64,000 nt of DNA from Mobula hypostoma (lineage: Eukaryota). Every line of letters begins with the position of its first letter. Position 1 is the stretch's first letter. Position numbers and translations under genes: made by a program. A model generated the notes under the pieces. It searched no databases, had not been told where the DNA came from, and saw nothing but the letters and a program-made list of their open reading frames with translations. Where the stretch lies: contig NC_086118.1 in NCBI RefSeq assembly GCF_963921235.1, positions 12,278,001 to 12,342,000 on the forward strand. The letters run 5' to 3'. This document shows positions 49,476 through 61,817 of this stretch, in pieces.

Positions 49476-49642
49476 GATGCCTTGATTGTGTCCGATCCAA
49501 CTGGATTTTCCTGAGCCATCCACGTCCCAACAACGGTGATCCTCCATTTTTCAGTACACAGAGGTTCAGCTGCTGTGTTTTGTCTCTGTAGGTCACCGTC
49601 ACTTTAATTTTACCTTTGGGACGCACTTTCTGTCCTGTGTAA
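49476..49642 (-). pseudogene. Gypsy protease, C-terminal half (inverted)
   Basis: [49 protein letters not shown] continues LKT at 45128. Confidence 0.9.
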
Positions 49643-49843
49643 AGACTGATTTATACTTGTGCGTCAGCTCAACGCGGTAACCTACGCAAGTGCCCTACGT
49701 GCATTGTGAGCATTTATACTTGTGCGTTGGTGTGTCTGGGTTGCTCTGCAATTCAGGCACGTCGTGCAAGCGCACACACCTGCCCACGCAAGGCTTCATT
49801 GTCATGGTGGTCTTTCTCGGGGTAAACAAGTTTAAAGCGAGCG
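49643..49843 (-). mobile_element. PIF/Harbinger-like MITE, right arm (inverted)
   Basis: TAA (49640-49642) followed by AGACTGATTTATACTTGTGCGTCA, now in direct orientation to the left TIR. Confidence 0.75.
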
Positions 49844-50249
49844 ACACGCATAAAAATTGCTGGTGAACGCAACAGGCCCCTCTCCCCCTTTCTTCCCCCC
49901 AGGCCCTGATGTGTGTGGTTATGTTAGGGACTAGACATTTTTGTGTAATTTGGTGAGACAGGGCCTCCAGTTGTGAAGGGTACTCATTAACTGTTCAGGA
50001 TGGCAGTGGGATGCATGTATACTCATTTGGGAAAACTGTATACTGTAGCAGCATATTCATTTAGCAGTGTGTTTGTATGTCTTAAGAATATGTCTGTAAT
50101 CTTGGTGCAACAGTTTTTAAATGCAAAGGAAGACAACAGGCATTATGAATTCAGATGCACATAAATGCCACATTACAGAGTATGTACTCTGTGGTTTTAA
50201 GTACGTACTGTTTAATTTTTATCCAGCATTTATATTCTGTGTAGTGTGG

Positions 50250-51020
50250 GAATTAGCGTGGAGATGTTTGAAGGAGAGGTTATACCCGTCTATATCTTTC
50301 AGGATGGCACCAATTGAGGTTAGGCAACATCAGATCAAGATCCTTGATGACCTGAGTCTGCCCATGGCTTTGATTATGACCATCTGTAAGTCCTTCACTC
50401 CCAGGGAGAAACAGAGCATTTTGTCAGAACTGCCCTCCTTTAAGGTCACGTGCGGGAATGCAGAACTCCGGTGCAAGCTCAATGAAATGATTGAAATTCA
50501 CCAGATGCAAGTTTGGTAGAAGCAAAGTACCTGAGAAATATGTGGGACAGTATGGCCTCGGGGGTGCAGGGTGGTACATGGGCAGCTACCAGGAATGTCA
50601 GCAATGAATATAGTCATTGGTTCTTTAAGGGGGAAGTGAGGTAGTGATTGGCGGGAGGTGAGAGTAACTGGGGAATGATAATGTCAGTGGTTCACAGAGT
50701 TGAAGAGCCTGCCTTGGATTATGCAGAACTACAACTGCCGATTTAATAAGATTACATGGAGATGTGAAGGACCAATGTAACCAGGGTAACACATTGAGGG
50801 ATCGAGCAGCAGTGACATATTATTGATCAGAGACAGTCAGAGGGAGAGAAGATAGTTCTATCACAAGTCATATTAAGGGATCTGCCTAAAAGACAGATTT
50901 CTCTCCCAGGTGGAAAAAACTTTAACTGGTGCTCCGGACAAATCATGCCTGTGTTGGTGTACAGTCCCAGCAAGGCGGCCAGTGGAAATACTGGTCTCAG
51001 GTTAAACCGCATGACTCACC
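50250..51020 (+). mobile_element. Possible highly degraded LTR-element internal remnant
   Basis: TNHACVGVQ..WKYWSQVKP resembles an integrase C-terminal motif; the upstream ORF could be gag-like. Weak support. Confidence 0.3.
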
Positions 51021-52089
51021 TTCTTGTCGCCCCCACAGACGGAGTGAGAGGTCAAGGGTGCCCCACAACAGTGACTTTGCAGAGGATCCAAATGATGAAC
51101 ACCAGCCGGCTGCATCAGATCTGGCCACATCTGTTGGAAGTAGACCCACAACAAACACAAATGCAGAAGTCACTGAGAGAGTGCAATAGCAAGCTGTGAA
51201 CAGCATGTTAAAGTATAATGGTAACTGTACTCTATAATGAAGGCTGTTTGCTGAGGGTAGATGATTAGTTGTATAGCTCAGAGTAGGGAAATATTGGGGT
51301 AAATAGATGGGACGGGATCTGGGTTACAGCAGAAACATCGTTCCACAACTTCGATGGTGTGGCAGACTGAGAAAGAAAAACATATACATACTGCGTCTGA
51401 AGGCAGTCACCCCAGTCTGAATGGGGAGTGAATACAAATGAGCTGGGCCCTTTCAGTGGTTGGGCCTGAACTGAATGGACAGCCTGGATGGAGATGCCAC
51501 CAGGGTGAGCCCCTAGCAGTCATTCAGATAGAGACTACCCCAACCCCTCCTGTGCATCGATGAGGCAGCCTGTGAGCCTGATGCATTCACCTTGCTGCTG
51601 CTCTCACCAGAGAGTAACTACTGATAGCCACTGCTGATCGTTTTAGTTATCAGAGAATGAAGGGGTCAAGATAAAGAATGTAATTAAAGTACAGTCAGCC
51701 AGCTGGGAAGGAGGCAATGGACATATAAATAACAAAGCTGCATTTTAAAGAATCTTGGTCAAATTTGTGGAACATTCTCTGCTTAGAGTCTTGTAGGTAG
51801 CCATTAGGGATGATAGCATAGATGTAGATGCACAAACGGTAATGGGGAAGGGGTTCTGAAGTTCAGGACATTTATGCTGCCCTCTTTGAATAGATCCTCC
51901 TTAAAGGTTGACTTTTTCTGGGATACATCTATTTTGCCCTGGGGAGCCAAGAGAAGGGACTGTTAGGGCATATTATAGAGTAAGGGTTTATTACAAATAT
52001 TAACTTCACCAGCAATCAATCTTCAGACAATAACATGGATTGTAGACTGAAGTTAAAATGGAGTGATTGCAGACCAGACAATGCTGATT

Positions 52090-53327
52090 AACAATAGACA
52101 ATAGACAATAGGCAATAGGTGCAGGAGTAGGCCATTCAGCCCTTCGAGCCAGCACCACCATTCACTGTGATCATGGCTGATCATCCACAGTCAGTACCAT
52201 TTTCCTGCCTTCTTCCCATATCCCTTCACTCCGCTATCTTTAAGAGCTCTATCTAATGCTTTTTTGAAAGAATCCAGAGAATTGGCCTCCACTGCCTGCT
52301 GAGGCACAGCATTCCACAGAACCACAACCCTCTGTGTGAAAAAGATTTTCCTGAACTCCGTTCTAAATTGTCTACCCCTTGTTCCTAAACTGTGGCCTCT
52401 GGTTCTGGACTCCCCCAACATCGGGAACATGTTTTCTGCCTCTAGTGTGTCCAATCCCTTAATAATCTTATATGTTTCAATCAGATCCACTCTCATCCTT
52501 CTAAATTCTAGTGTATACAACTCCAGTCACTCCAATCTTTCAACATATGACAGTCCCTCCATCCTGGGAATTAACCTCGTGAACCTACGCTGCACTCCCT
52601 CAGTAGCTAGAATGTCCTTCCTCAAATTTGGAGACCAAAACTGTACACAATATTCCAGGTGTGGTCTCACCAGGGCCCTGTACAACTGCAGAAGGACCTC
52701 TTTGCTCCTATACTCAATTCCCCTTGTTATGAAGGCCAGTATGTCATTAGATTTCTTCATTGCCTGCTGTATCTGCATGCTTACTTTCAGTGACTGATGA
52801 ACAAAGGCACCTAGATCTCATTGTACTTCCTCTTTTCCTAACTTGACACCATTCAGATAGTAATCTGCCTTCCTGTTCTTCCTACCAAAGTGGATAACCT
52901 CACTTTTATCTACATTGAACTGCATCTGCCATGCATCTGCCCACTCACCTAACCTGTCCAAGTCACCCTGCATTCTCATAACATCCTCCTCACATTCCAC
53001 GCTGCCACTCAGCTTTGTGTCATCTGCAAATTTGCTAATGTTACTTTTAATCCCTTCATCTAAATCGTTAATGTATATTGTAAATAGCTGCGGTCCCAGC
53101 ACCGAGCCTTACGGTACCCCACTAGTCACCGCCTGCCACTCTGAAAAGGACCCATTAATCCCTACTCTTTGTTTCCTGTCTGCCAACCAATTTCCTATCC
53201 ATGTCAGTACCCTACCCCCAATACCATTTGCTCTAATTTTGCACACTAACCTCCTATGTGGGACCTTATCAAAGGCTTTCTGAAAGTCCAGGTGCACTAC
53301 ATCCACTGGCTTTTCCATGTCCATTTT
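52090..53327 (-). mobile_element. CR1 LINE, 5'-truncated (RT C-terminal half)
   Basis: LDFQKAFDKVPH, KFADDTKL, LVRPHLEYCVQFWSP; (TATTGTC)n tail. Confidence 0.93.
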
Positions 53328-53794
53328 GGGTGTCTGGAGTGTGGATGTGAAGAAAAGAGGTGTGCAAAAACTATATGTAACTCAAAGGAGGCATTGTAAT
53401 TATAGAACTGTCCTGCTGTTACCTTTGATCTTTAGCATATAAAAGTGTCATGTAATATTGGGCCAGGAAGCCTCTTCCTCCAAGAGAAACTCAATGTGAT
53501 GCCTGTTGCTCATTTTTGTTGAATAAAACACACTTCCATATCTACTAGCTTCAGTGCCTCTCTGCTGACTTTGTTCATGTTGCAACATCCCCACATTATA
53601 CCTCATCCTCCTATTAACCATGCAGAAATACTGCACTGTGTTTATTTTTAGGTGTCACTCAATTTTCCACCCATGGTTATTGCTCTCTCCCAGTGACACC
53701 ATTTGCCTCAGTCAGATCCCATCCAAGACAACCTGTGCTGTTAAATCCTTTCCATACTCCCTACAGTCATTACACTGGTAAAAGATAGGATAAA

Positions 53795-54850
53795 TTCAGA
53801 TTTTTCAAAGACTCAAAAATTCAAAGTTCATTTTTTATCAAAGTATATATGCAGTACAGAACTCTGAAATTCGTCTTCCCCACAGTCACGAAACGAAGAG
53901 AAACCCGTTCAAACAAAAGCATAAAACATCAAATCCACCTCCCCCCACGTGCAAAAAATGTGCAAATGCTAACAAAAAAAGAGTAAAAACACAGAATATA
54001 AAACACAAAATCAAAAGACATATTTCAGTTCTGTTCAGCTCAGTGTTCATTATCTACAGGCTGACCCATTTCAAAAATCACCCAAAAGTATTAGCAAAAA
54101 AAAAGTGACCAGAACTAGAACTAGAAATAATTCACATCATAAAGCCTGAATTAGAGTCCAAATCTGTAATTGGTGTTGATTAAACCTTGATCTAGCTCCA
54201 TCTGCCAACAGCATTGAGGAGAGAGAAGTCACTCAAATGCAGGGACCTTCCCTTGGGAGCACCAAGTGAGAGGGAGACGGGAGAGGGGAAAGGCTGCTAC
54301 ACACAGATACCTTCTCCGGCAGCACTGAGGAGAGAGAGGTCACTCAAATGCAGGGACCTTCACTCAGGAGCACCGAGTGAGAGGGAGAGGGAAGAAGGGA
54401 GAGACTGCTACACACATATACTTTCTCTGGCAGCAGTGAGGAAGAGGCTGGTAGATGGCACTGAACACACACCTGCCCTTCGCACTGGGCATGATAATTT
54501 CAATTTTCCTTGGCACTTCTATCAGCGGGATCAGCAAGAGGTGGAGTTGGTCATGAGACCATGCCCTGCCTTTTGGTTTCCTGGTCTCTATGCTTCATGC
54601 TTTGGTCACAGCCACTCTCAGAGACAGCAATGCGCCAGATCACCAGATCAGCCTGAAGTTATGCCACCAGGATGTAGACAACAGAACTACGTCTGAAGTA
54701 AAAGAAGATATAACAGTAGCAGAACAATATCTGAAATAAAAGAAGACGTAAACGAGGTGAAAGTAATTGCTTCACGAGCTGTCTTGGGGATGTTGCCTTT
54801 GGTAGGTTTGTTTGCTAGCACCATCTTTTTTTCCAGCATCTTTTTCTTGC
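53795..54850 (-). mobile_element. Non-autonomous LINE-derived element with internal ~108-bp tandem duplication
   Basis: (TTTGAA)-like tail near 53800-53830; repeat units at 54210-54317 and 54320-54430. Confidence 0.5.
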
Positions 54851-55139
54851 TGTTGTTAGCATGGCTGTCCATCACTTTGCTCATTGTCCCTTCTGCTCCA
54901 GCCAAGAGTCACTCAGCCTTCTCGAACTCTGCATGAGCACTCCTCTACTCAATGGAGATTTCCTTTTATCTCTATATATGGTTCCTGTCATTAGGAAACC
55001 TGCTGGAGTAACATTAAATCATTCACTATATTAGCTTCAGGTGAGGTAGTATGTCCATGGGGTGCAACGATGGTAGTTGGATGGATGGGTCTTCATACTG
55101 ATACCAAATCAAGCATTGTTGTAGAGAAACTAGAGAGGG

Positions 55140-55274
55140 AATGAATCACAATCAGAATCAGGTTTAATATCACCAGCATGCAGTATGTTGTGAAATTTAT
55201 TGTCTTTGTGGCAGAAGTACAATGTGATACATAATGAAGAAAAATGTGAATTACACAATGAATGAATGAATGAA

Positions 55275-55361
<87 letters not shown>

Positions 55362-55530
55362 ATAAATAAATAAATAGATAAATAGATAGATATAGATAGA
55401 TAGATAGATAGATAGATAAATAAATAAATAGTTAAAATAGAAAAAATTGTAAGGTAGTGTGCATGGGTACAATGTCCATTCAGAAATCGGATGGCTGAGG
55501 GGAGGAAACTCCTCCTGAATTCTTGAGGGC
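55140..55530 (-). mobile_element. Rex1-like LINE 3' end containing a compound microsatellite
   Basis: Homologous to 10700-10960. Confidence 0.7.
55256..55430. repeat. Compound (AATG)n(AAAT)n(AGAT)n microsatellite
   Basis: Directly visible. Confidence 0.95.
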
Positions 55531-57159
55531 ATTAATGGCTTGGACAGTCAGAGAGTTTACATACCAAAAGAAGTTATGGGATAGGAGTTTAAGGCAAGTG
55601 AAAAAAAGCAATAGTTGACAAAGGGGAGATATAAATAGAGCAGCAAATGATAAATCCTTAACAGCAATTGTTACTGGAGAAAATAAGAGCAGAGGTTATT
55701 TCCTAGAAGTCTTGATATCATTGTTGAGTTCAAAAAAGTGTTAAATGCCAAATGTAAGGATTATATCCTGCTCTGAAAACATCTGACATACATTATTACA
55801 ACTCTGCCGGAGGTCAGAATGAGGATAGAAAAGCAAATTAAAGTTGCCAGCAACTTAAAGCAAAAATGTTTTATCTAATTTGAATGCAGTCCTGTGCACA
55901 CCTTGAACCAACATTTAACATTACTCCCCTTGTGTTGCCACTCCCATTCATCCACCAAAAACAAAGTGGTCGAGTAACTACGTCAGGCAGCTTCCAGTGG
56001 AGATGAAGTATTTGTTTGCCAAGGTTGTATAGAAGGAGAAGTCTGGATGTGGCAGACCCAAAATCTCGGCAGAGTTAGACAAGGCAGTTAATTCACCCGA
56101 GCAGCACTTGTTTATGTTTAATTATATGATAAGGAGTTTTCTTTTAAGATGTGTGTCCCGAGGCTGTATAAAATGAAGAGTTCTAGCAATGTCCTAATTA
56201 AAACTTTATAGAGAAGCTAGTGAAATGGCCCAGCCTTCATAGAGTCTATTAACTCACAGCATCGTTTATCACACTCAGCACTTCAGGGCTTTAGCATTTT
56301 CTTACTGAGCTTTCTCGATACAAAGAAATGAAGATATTAATTTCCCAATGAGATTCAATAGTGCAGAGTGATAGATTTACTTCATTAACTGCTATATAAG
56401 ATTTTAATTGCTCGTTTACTTTTGGACATTCTGTGATTGTTTACACATTCTTTGTGCCAACCTTGCAGTTCCATCTTTGTTTCCGTTATTAGCCCCTTCC
56501 AATTTATCACTGTTGTCCTTTAAAAGTTCTTCTCTTGCCTCAGTTCTCTGTCTCCCTCCCTACCCTTTACTCGGCTTTGAACTTCTGTAAAATGTGTTTA
56601 TCTCTAGCATCTTTACAACTCTGATCTGAAACATTAATTCTTTACTTGTCTTTCATTTGTAGCTGCCTGACCTAAGAGTTTCCTGCAGTTTCTGCAATTA
56701 CGTCATAATGTTAGCATCTGTGGAACTCCTGCATTTGTTTTCCTGAAATGTCAGTCTTTCAACAATTTCAGGGAGTTACTGGGATGAACAGTGACTACAC
56801 AGCCAAAGATCCCAGCATGTTCAGGCAAATACTCAATCTTTCATCTGTGATACGCAACTAGATAACTAGTTCTCGAGATAATAAGCAAGCTACAGCAAAC
56901 ATTTACAGACAATTAAAGTAACAACAATTCCATAGGGCATCAAATAAGTCATATGAAGCCAAAGGCAGCAGGTATGTCAACAACTCAGCGTGCAATGCCC
57001 ATGGACTAAAACTTGCCAAATTTGGACATTGAAGAGGAGAGATTTGTCTTTTTCACCATCTCCCTTCTCCACTTTTAGGGCTCCAACCTGAAACATTGAC
57101 AACAACGTTTGACCCTTCGAGTTTTTCCAGCAGAGTGTTTGTCACTCTGAAAGAGATTT

Positions 57160-60130
57160 AGACCATAAGACCATAAGACTCAGGAGCAGAATTAGGCCGT
57201 CTGGCCCATTGAGTCTGCTCTGCCATTCAATCATGGCTGATTCTTTTTTCTTCTCCTCCTCAACCCCAGATCCCGGCCTTCTCCCTGTAAGCTTTGATTC
57301 CATGTCCAATCAAGAACCTATCAATTTCTGCCTTAAATACACCCAACGACCTGGCCTCCACAGCTGTATGTGGCAACAAATTCCACCAATTCACCGCCCT
57401 TTGGCTAAAGAAATTACTCCATATCTCTGTTTTGAAAGGGCGCCTCTCTATCTTGAGGATGTGTCCTCTTGTCCTAGACTCTCCCCACTTGGGAAACATC
57501 CTTTCCACATCTATTCTGTCTAGGCTTTTCAACATTCAGAAGATTTCAATGAGCTCCCCGTCATCCTTCAGAATTCCAGCAAGTACAGACTCAGAGCCAT
57601 CAAACATTCCTCGTATAATAACCCTTTCATTCCTGGAATCATCCTTGTGAACCTCCTCTGGACCTTCTCCAACGCCAGCACATCTTTTCTAAGATGAGTG
57701 ACCTAAAACTGTTCACAATACTCAAGGTGACGCCTCACCAGTGCCTTTTACAGTCTCAGCATCACATCCTTGCTCTTGTATTCCAGACCACTTCAAATGA
57801 ATGCTAACATCTCATTTGCCTTCCTCGCCACTGAATCAACCTGTAAGTTAACCCTTAGGGTATTCTGCACAAGGACTCCCAAGTCCCCGTGCATCTCAGA
57901 TTTTTGGATTTTCTCCTCATCTAGGAAATAGTCCACAAATTTATTTCTACTACCAAAGTGCATGACTATGCGTTTTCCAACATTGTATTTCATTTGCCAT
58001 TTTCTTGCCCATTCTCCTAATCTGTCTAAGTCCTTCTGCATCTTGTCTGTTTCCTCAACATTACCTGCCCCTCCACCAATCTTCATATCATCTTCAACCT
58101 TGACAACAAAGCCATCTATTCCATCATTTAAATCATTTATATACAGCATAAAAAGAAGTGGTTCCAACACCGACCCCTGTAGAACACCACTAGTCACTGG
58201 CAGCCAACCAGAAAAGGATCCTTTTATTCCCACTCGCTAACTCCTACCAATCTGCCAATGGGTTCTTAACTTGGTAAGCAGCTTCATGTGTGGCACCTTG
58301 TCAAAGGCCTTCTGAAAGTCCAAATATACAACGTCCACTGCATCCCCTTTATCTATGCTACTTGTAATCTCCTCAAAGAATTCTACCAGGTTTGTCAGGT
58401 AGGATTTTCCCTGAAGGAAACCATGCTGACTTTGTACTATCTTGTCCTGTGTCACCAAGTACTCCATCACCTCATTCTGAACAATTGACTCCAACATCTT
58501 CCTAACCACTGAAGTCAGGTTAACTGATCTTAATTTCCTTTCTGCTGCCTTTCTCCTTTCTTAAAGAGCGGAGTGACATTTGCAATTTTCCAGTTCTCTG
58601 GCACCATGCCAGAGTCCAATGATTTTGAAAGATCTTTCTAAAGCCATCAGAATCTCTAACGTTACCCCTTTTCAGAAACCTAGGGTGCAGCTCACCTGAT
58701 CCGGATGACTTATGTACCTTTAGGTCTTTCAGATTTTTGAGCACCTTCTCTCTTGCAATAGAAACTGCACCCACTTCTTTTCCTTCACACAGTACAACAT
58801 CATGCATACTGCTAGTGTCTTCCATAGTGAAGACTGATGCAAAATACTCATTTAGTTCATCAGCCATCTCCTTGTCCCCCGTTATTATTTCTCCTGCCTC
58901 ATTTTCTAGCGGTCCTATATCCACTCTCATTTCTCTTTTATTTTTAACATACAGTACCTGAAAAAAATTTACTATCCACTTTGATATTATTTGCTAGCTT
59001 GCTTTTATGTTTTATCTTTTCCCTTCTAATGATTTTTTCGGTTGCTCTCTGTAGGTTTTTAAAAACTTCCCAATCCTCTATCTTCCCACTAATTTTTTTG
59101 CTTTGTTGTATGCCCTTTCTTTTCCTTTTAGAAAAGCTTTGACTTGCCTTGTCAGCCATGTTTGTACTAGTTTACTATTTGGGTATTTCTTCATTTTTGG
59201 AATACATGTGTCCTGCACCATCCTCATTTTTCCTAGAAATACAAGCCATTGCTGCTCTGCTGATAACCCTGCCAGCAGCTCCTTCTAATTTACTTTGGCC
59301 AACTCCTCTTTCATAGCACTGTACTTTCCCTCACTCCACTAAAATATTGCTTCAGCAGACTTCACTTTCTCCCCAGCAAATTTCACGTTTGACTCAATCA
59401 TATTGTGGTCACTAGTTCCTGAGGGTTCTTTTGCCTTAAGCTCTCTAATCGCCCCCGGTTCATTACATAGCACCCAATCCAGTATAGCTGATCCCCGAGT
59501 AGGCTCAATAACAAACCGCTCTAAAAAGCTATCTCTTAGGCATTCAACAAACTCAACTCTCTTGAGATCCATTACCAACCTAATTTTCCCAATCGACCTG
59601 CATGTTAAAATCTCCCATGACTACCATAACATTTCCCCTTTGACATGCCTTTTCTATTTCTTGTTGTAACCTGTGGTCCACTCCCAGTCACTGTTGGGAG
59701 GCCTGTATATAACTGTCATCAATGTCCCTTTACCCTTGCAGTTTCTAAACTCAACCCATAAAGATTCAACATCTTCCAATCCTAGTCACATCTTTCTACT
59801 GATTTGAAGCCATTCTTTACCAGTAGAGCCACACCTCCCCCTCTGCCTACCTTCCTATCTCTCTGATATAACGTGTATCCTTGGATATTCAGCTCCCAAC
59901 TACAACCATCCTTCAGCCACGATTCAGTGATGGTTACAACATCATACCTGGCAATCTGTAATAATGGAACAAGATCATCCTCCTTATTTCTTATACTACG
60001 CGCATTTAGATGTAACACCTTGAGTATGGTATTTTCTATTCTTTCTGATTCTGCATCCCTAATGTTTGGAAACTAAGCCTGTTGGATGCAACTGCCTGCC
60101 CTTCCTGATAGTCTGACTGCACGCTTTGGT
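57160..60130 (-). mobile_element. CR1 LINE ORF2 (APE + RT), degraded but near full length
   Basis: HLNARSIRNK, ITESWL, SDHNMI, YFASVFT, YLDFQKAFDKVPH, GSVLEPLLF, RTRGHILK; (TCTTATGG)n tail. Confidence 0.93.
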
Positions 60131-60429
60131 CCCTTCACCCAGGTTCCCACCCCCACCCCCCCAGATTTCTGATCTGTCTCCCTCCTCTGCTCATTCTTTT
60201 GTTTTATCTTTACATAATTAGTTCATTTTGAGAGTTACTGCCACTTTTCTTTTACTACAATACATTCCAGATTATTCCAAGTCGCAACATGAATACTTTT
60301 CTCCACATCTTCCCATTTCATATGACCAATTATCTGAAATCAGATCACCAGCCCACGGAAGTGGTAGTGCAAATATATTTGCAGGTTAGTGGGGACATTC
60401 ATTTAATTTAAGTAATGACAGGTCTGAAG

Positions 60430-61083
60430 GCGGGAGGAGAAGATGGCAGCGTGACGCAGTGCACGCGGCCATTCCGAATGATATCGTATGTGATAACTAG
60501 GGGGTTGTGAACAATCCTGATTTGATGGAGACAGCCATGAGAAGCACGGAAGAACACGTGGAGAAACTTCTGAAATGCCCGCTTCGCTGCCACTGCTACT
60601 GTGCGATCCAGAATCTCCAGAGGGGAAGGCCCGAAATCCTCAGCTTTGCCTATTGCTTGTAGCCGGGGCTGGGGTCGAAGCACTCGGCAGAGATGGTGCT
60701 CGGTGCTTGGTGTCGGAGAGCTGGTCGGAGGCTCGGAGATTTCGGATGGACTTGGAGTCGGACTGTGGTGGGATGCTTCCAGGATGCTGCATAGGCAAGC
60801 TTGCAGCGCTGGAGGTTCACCGTCTGCGTGAGATGATGGGACTTTCGAGAGACTCTGAGACTTTTACCCTGCCCATAGTCTGGTCTTATCAAAATATGGT
60901 ATTGCTTTGCACTGTTGTAACTACATGTTATAATTACGTGGTTTTTGTCAGTTTTTCAGTTGGTTTGTCATGTGTTTCTGTGATATCATTTTGGAAAAAC
61001 ATTGTATCATTTCTTAATACATGCGTTACTAAATGACAATAAAAGAGGACTGCATGTCCTCATAAACTAATCTAATCTAATCT
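60430..61083 (+). mobile_element. Non-autonomous LINE-derived element
   Basis: Head 'ggagaagatggcagcg', AATAAA and (CTAAT)n tail. Confidence 0.55.
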
Positions 61084-61389
61084 GATACGAAGTGTTTACA
61101 GTGCCACTACTGTCAGTGGTCAAGGAGATAGGTTCAACAGTTGTTGCACATCCTGCAGGATAATGAAATTCAGAAGTGTCAGTAACAGTGGGCTTGCTCA
61201 CCTCTCATGCATTAGGCTCATTCAGACTCAGGAGAAATATTGAAGAGGTGATAGCAACAATGATGCATTCTGAATAGCTGAACAGTGTTCTAGGTATTCT
61301 ACGTTTGTACATTCATACATTATGGGCGTTGCTTGGGAAGAATACTGTTGCTTTATCTCTTTCTTATCTAAATAATTCTTCATGTAAAT

Positions 61390-61817
61390 GCAAGAAAGTC
61401 CACAGATGCTCTAAATCTAAAGCAACACATACAAAATGCTGGAACTCAGCAGATCAGGTAGCATCTATGGAAGTGAATAAGCAGTCAACTTTCAGACTGA
61501 GACACTTCTTCAGGACTGAGAAGGAAGAGGGAGGAGAAGGATAATGCCAGAATAAGAAGATGAGGGTTGGGGAAGGAAGAGAGCTAGAAAGCAGTAGATA
61601 AGGCCAGGTGGGTAGGAAAGATAAAGGGTTGGAGAAAAGGCAATTTGATAGGACAGAAGAGTGAAATATAGCAGAAAGGGAAGGAGGAGGGGACCCAGGG
61701 TGTGGTGATAGGCAGGTGAGAGGCCAGAGAGGGGAATAGAAGAAGAGGGGAGGGTGAGGGAGAAATCAGTATTCATGCCAGCAGGTTGAGGGCTACCCAA
61801 ACGGAATATAAGGTGTC
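61390..61817 (-). mobile_element. Penelope 3' fragment
   Basis: pLTR and QPAGMN remnant. Confidence 0.75.

Noticed and set aside
48720..49519. SUDS3 ORFs as a functional host gene
   Set aside because: Intronless, premature stop, frameshift, deletions, 3'-truncated and embedded in an LTR element.
54214..54696. 160-aa ORF with a repeated motif
   Set aside because: Arises from a tandem duplication on the antisense strand of a non-autonomous repeat; no recognisable domain.
55251..55532. 93-aa ORF with IYLS repeats
   Set aside because: Translation of a tetranucleotide microsatellite.
60408..61036. Overlapping GC-rich ORFs suggesting a gene or CpG island
   Set aside because: Lies within a repeat with LINE-like head and tail; no splice or domain support.
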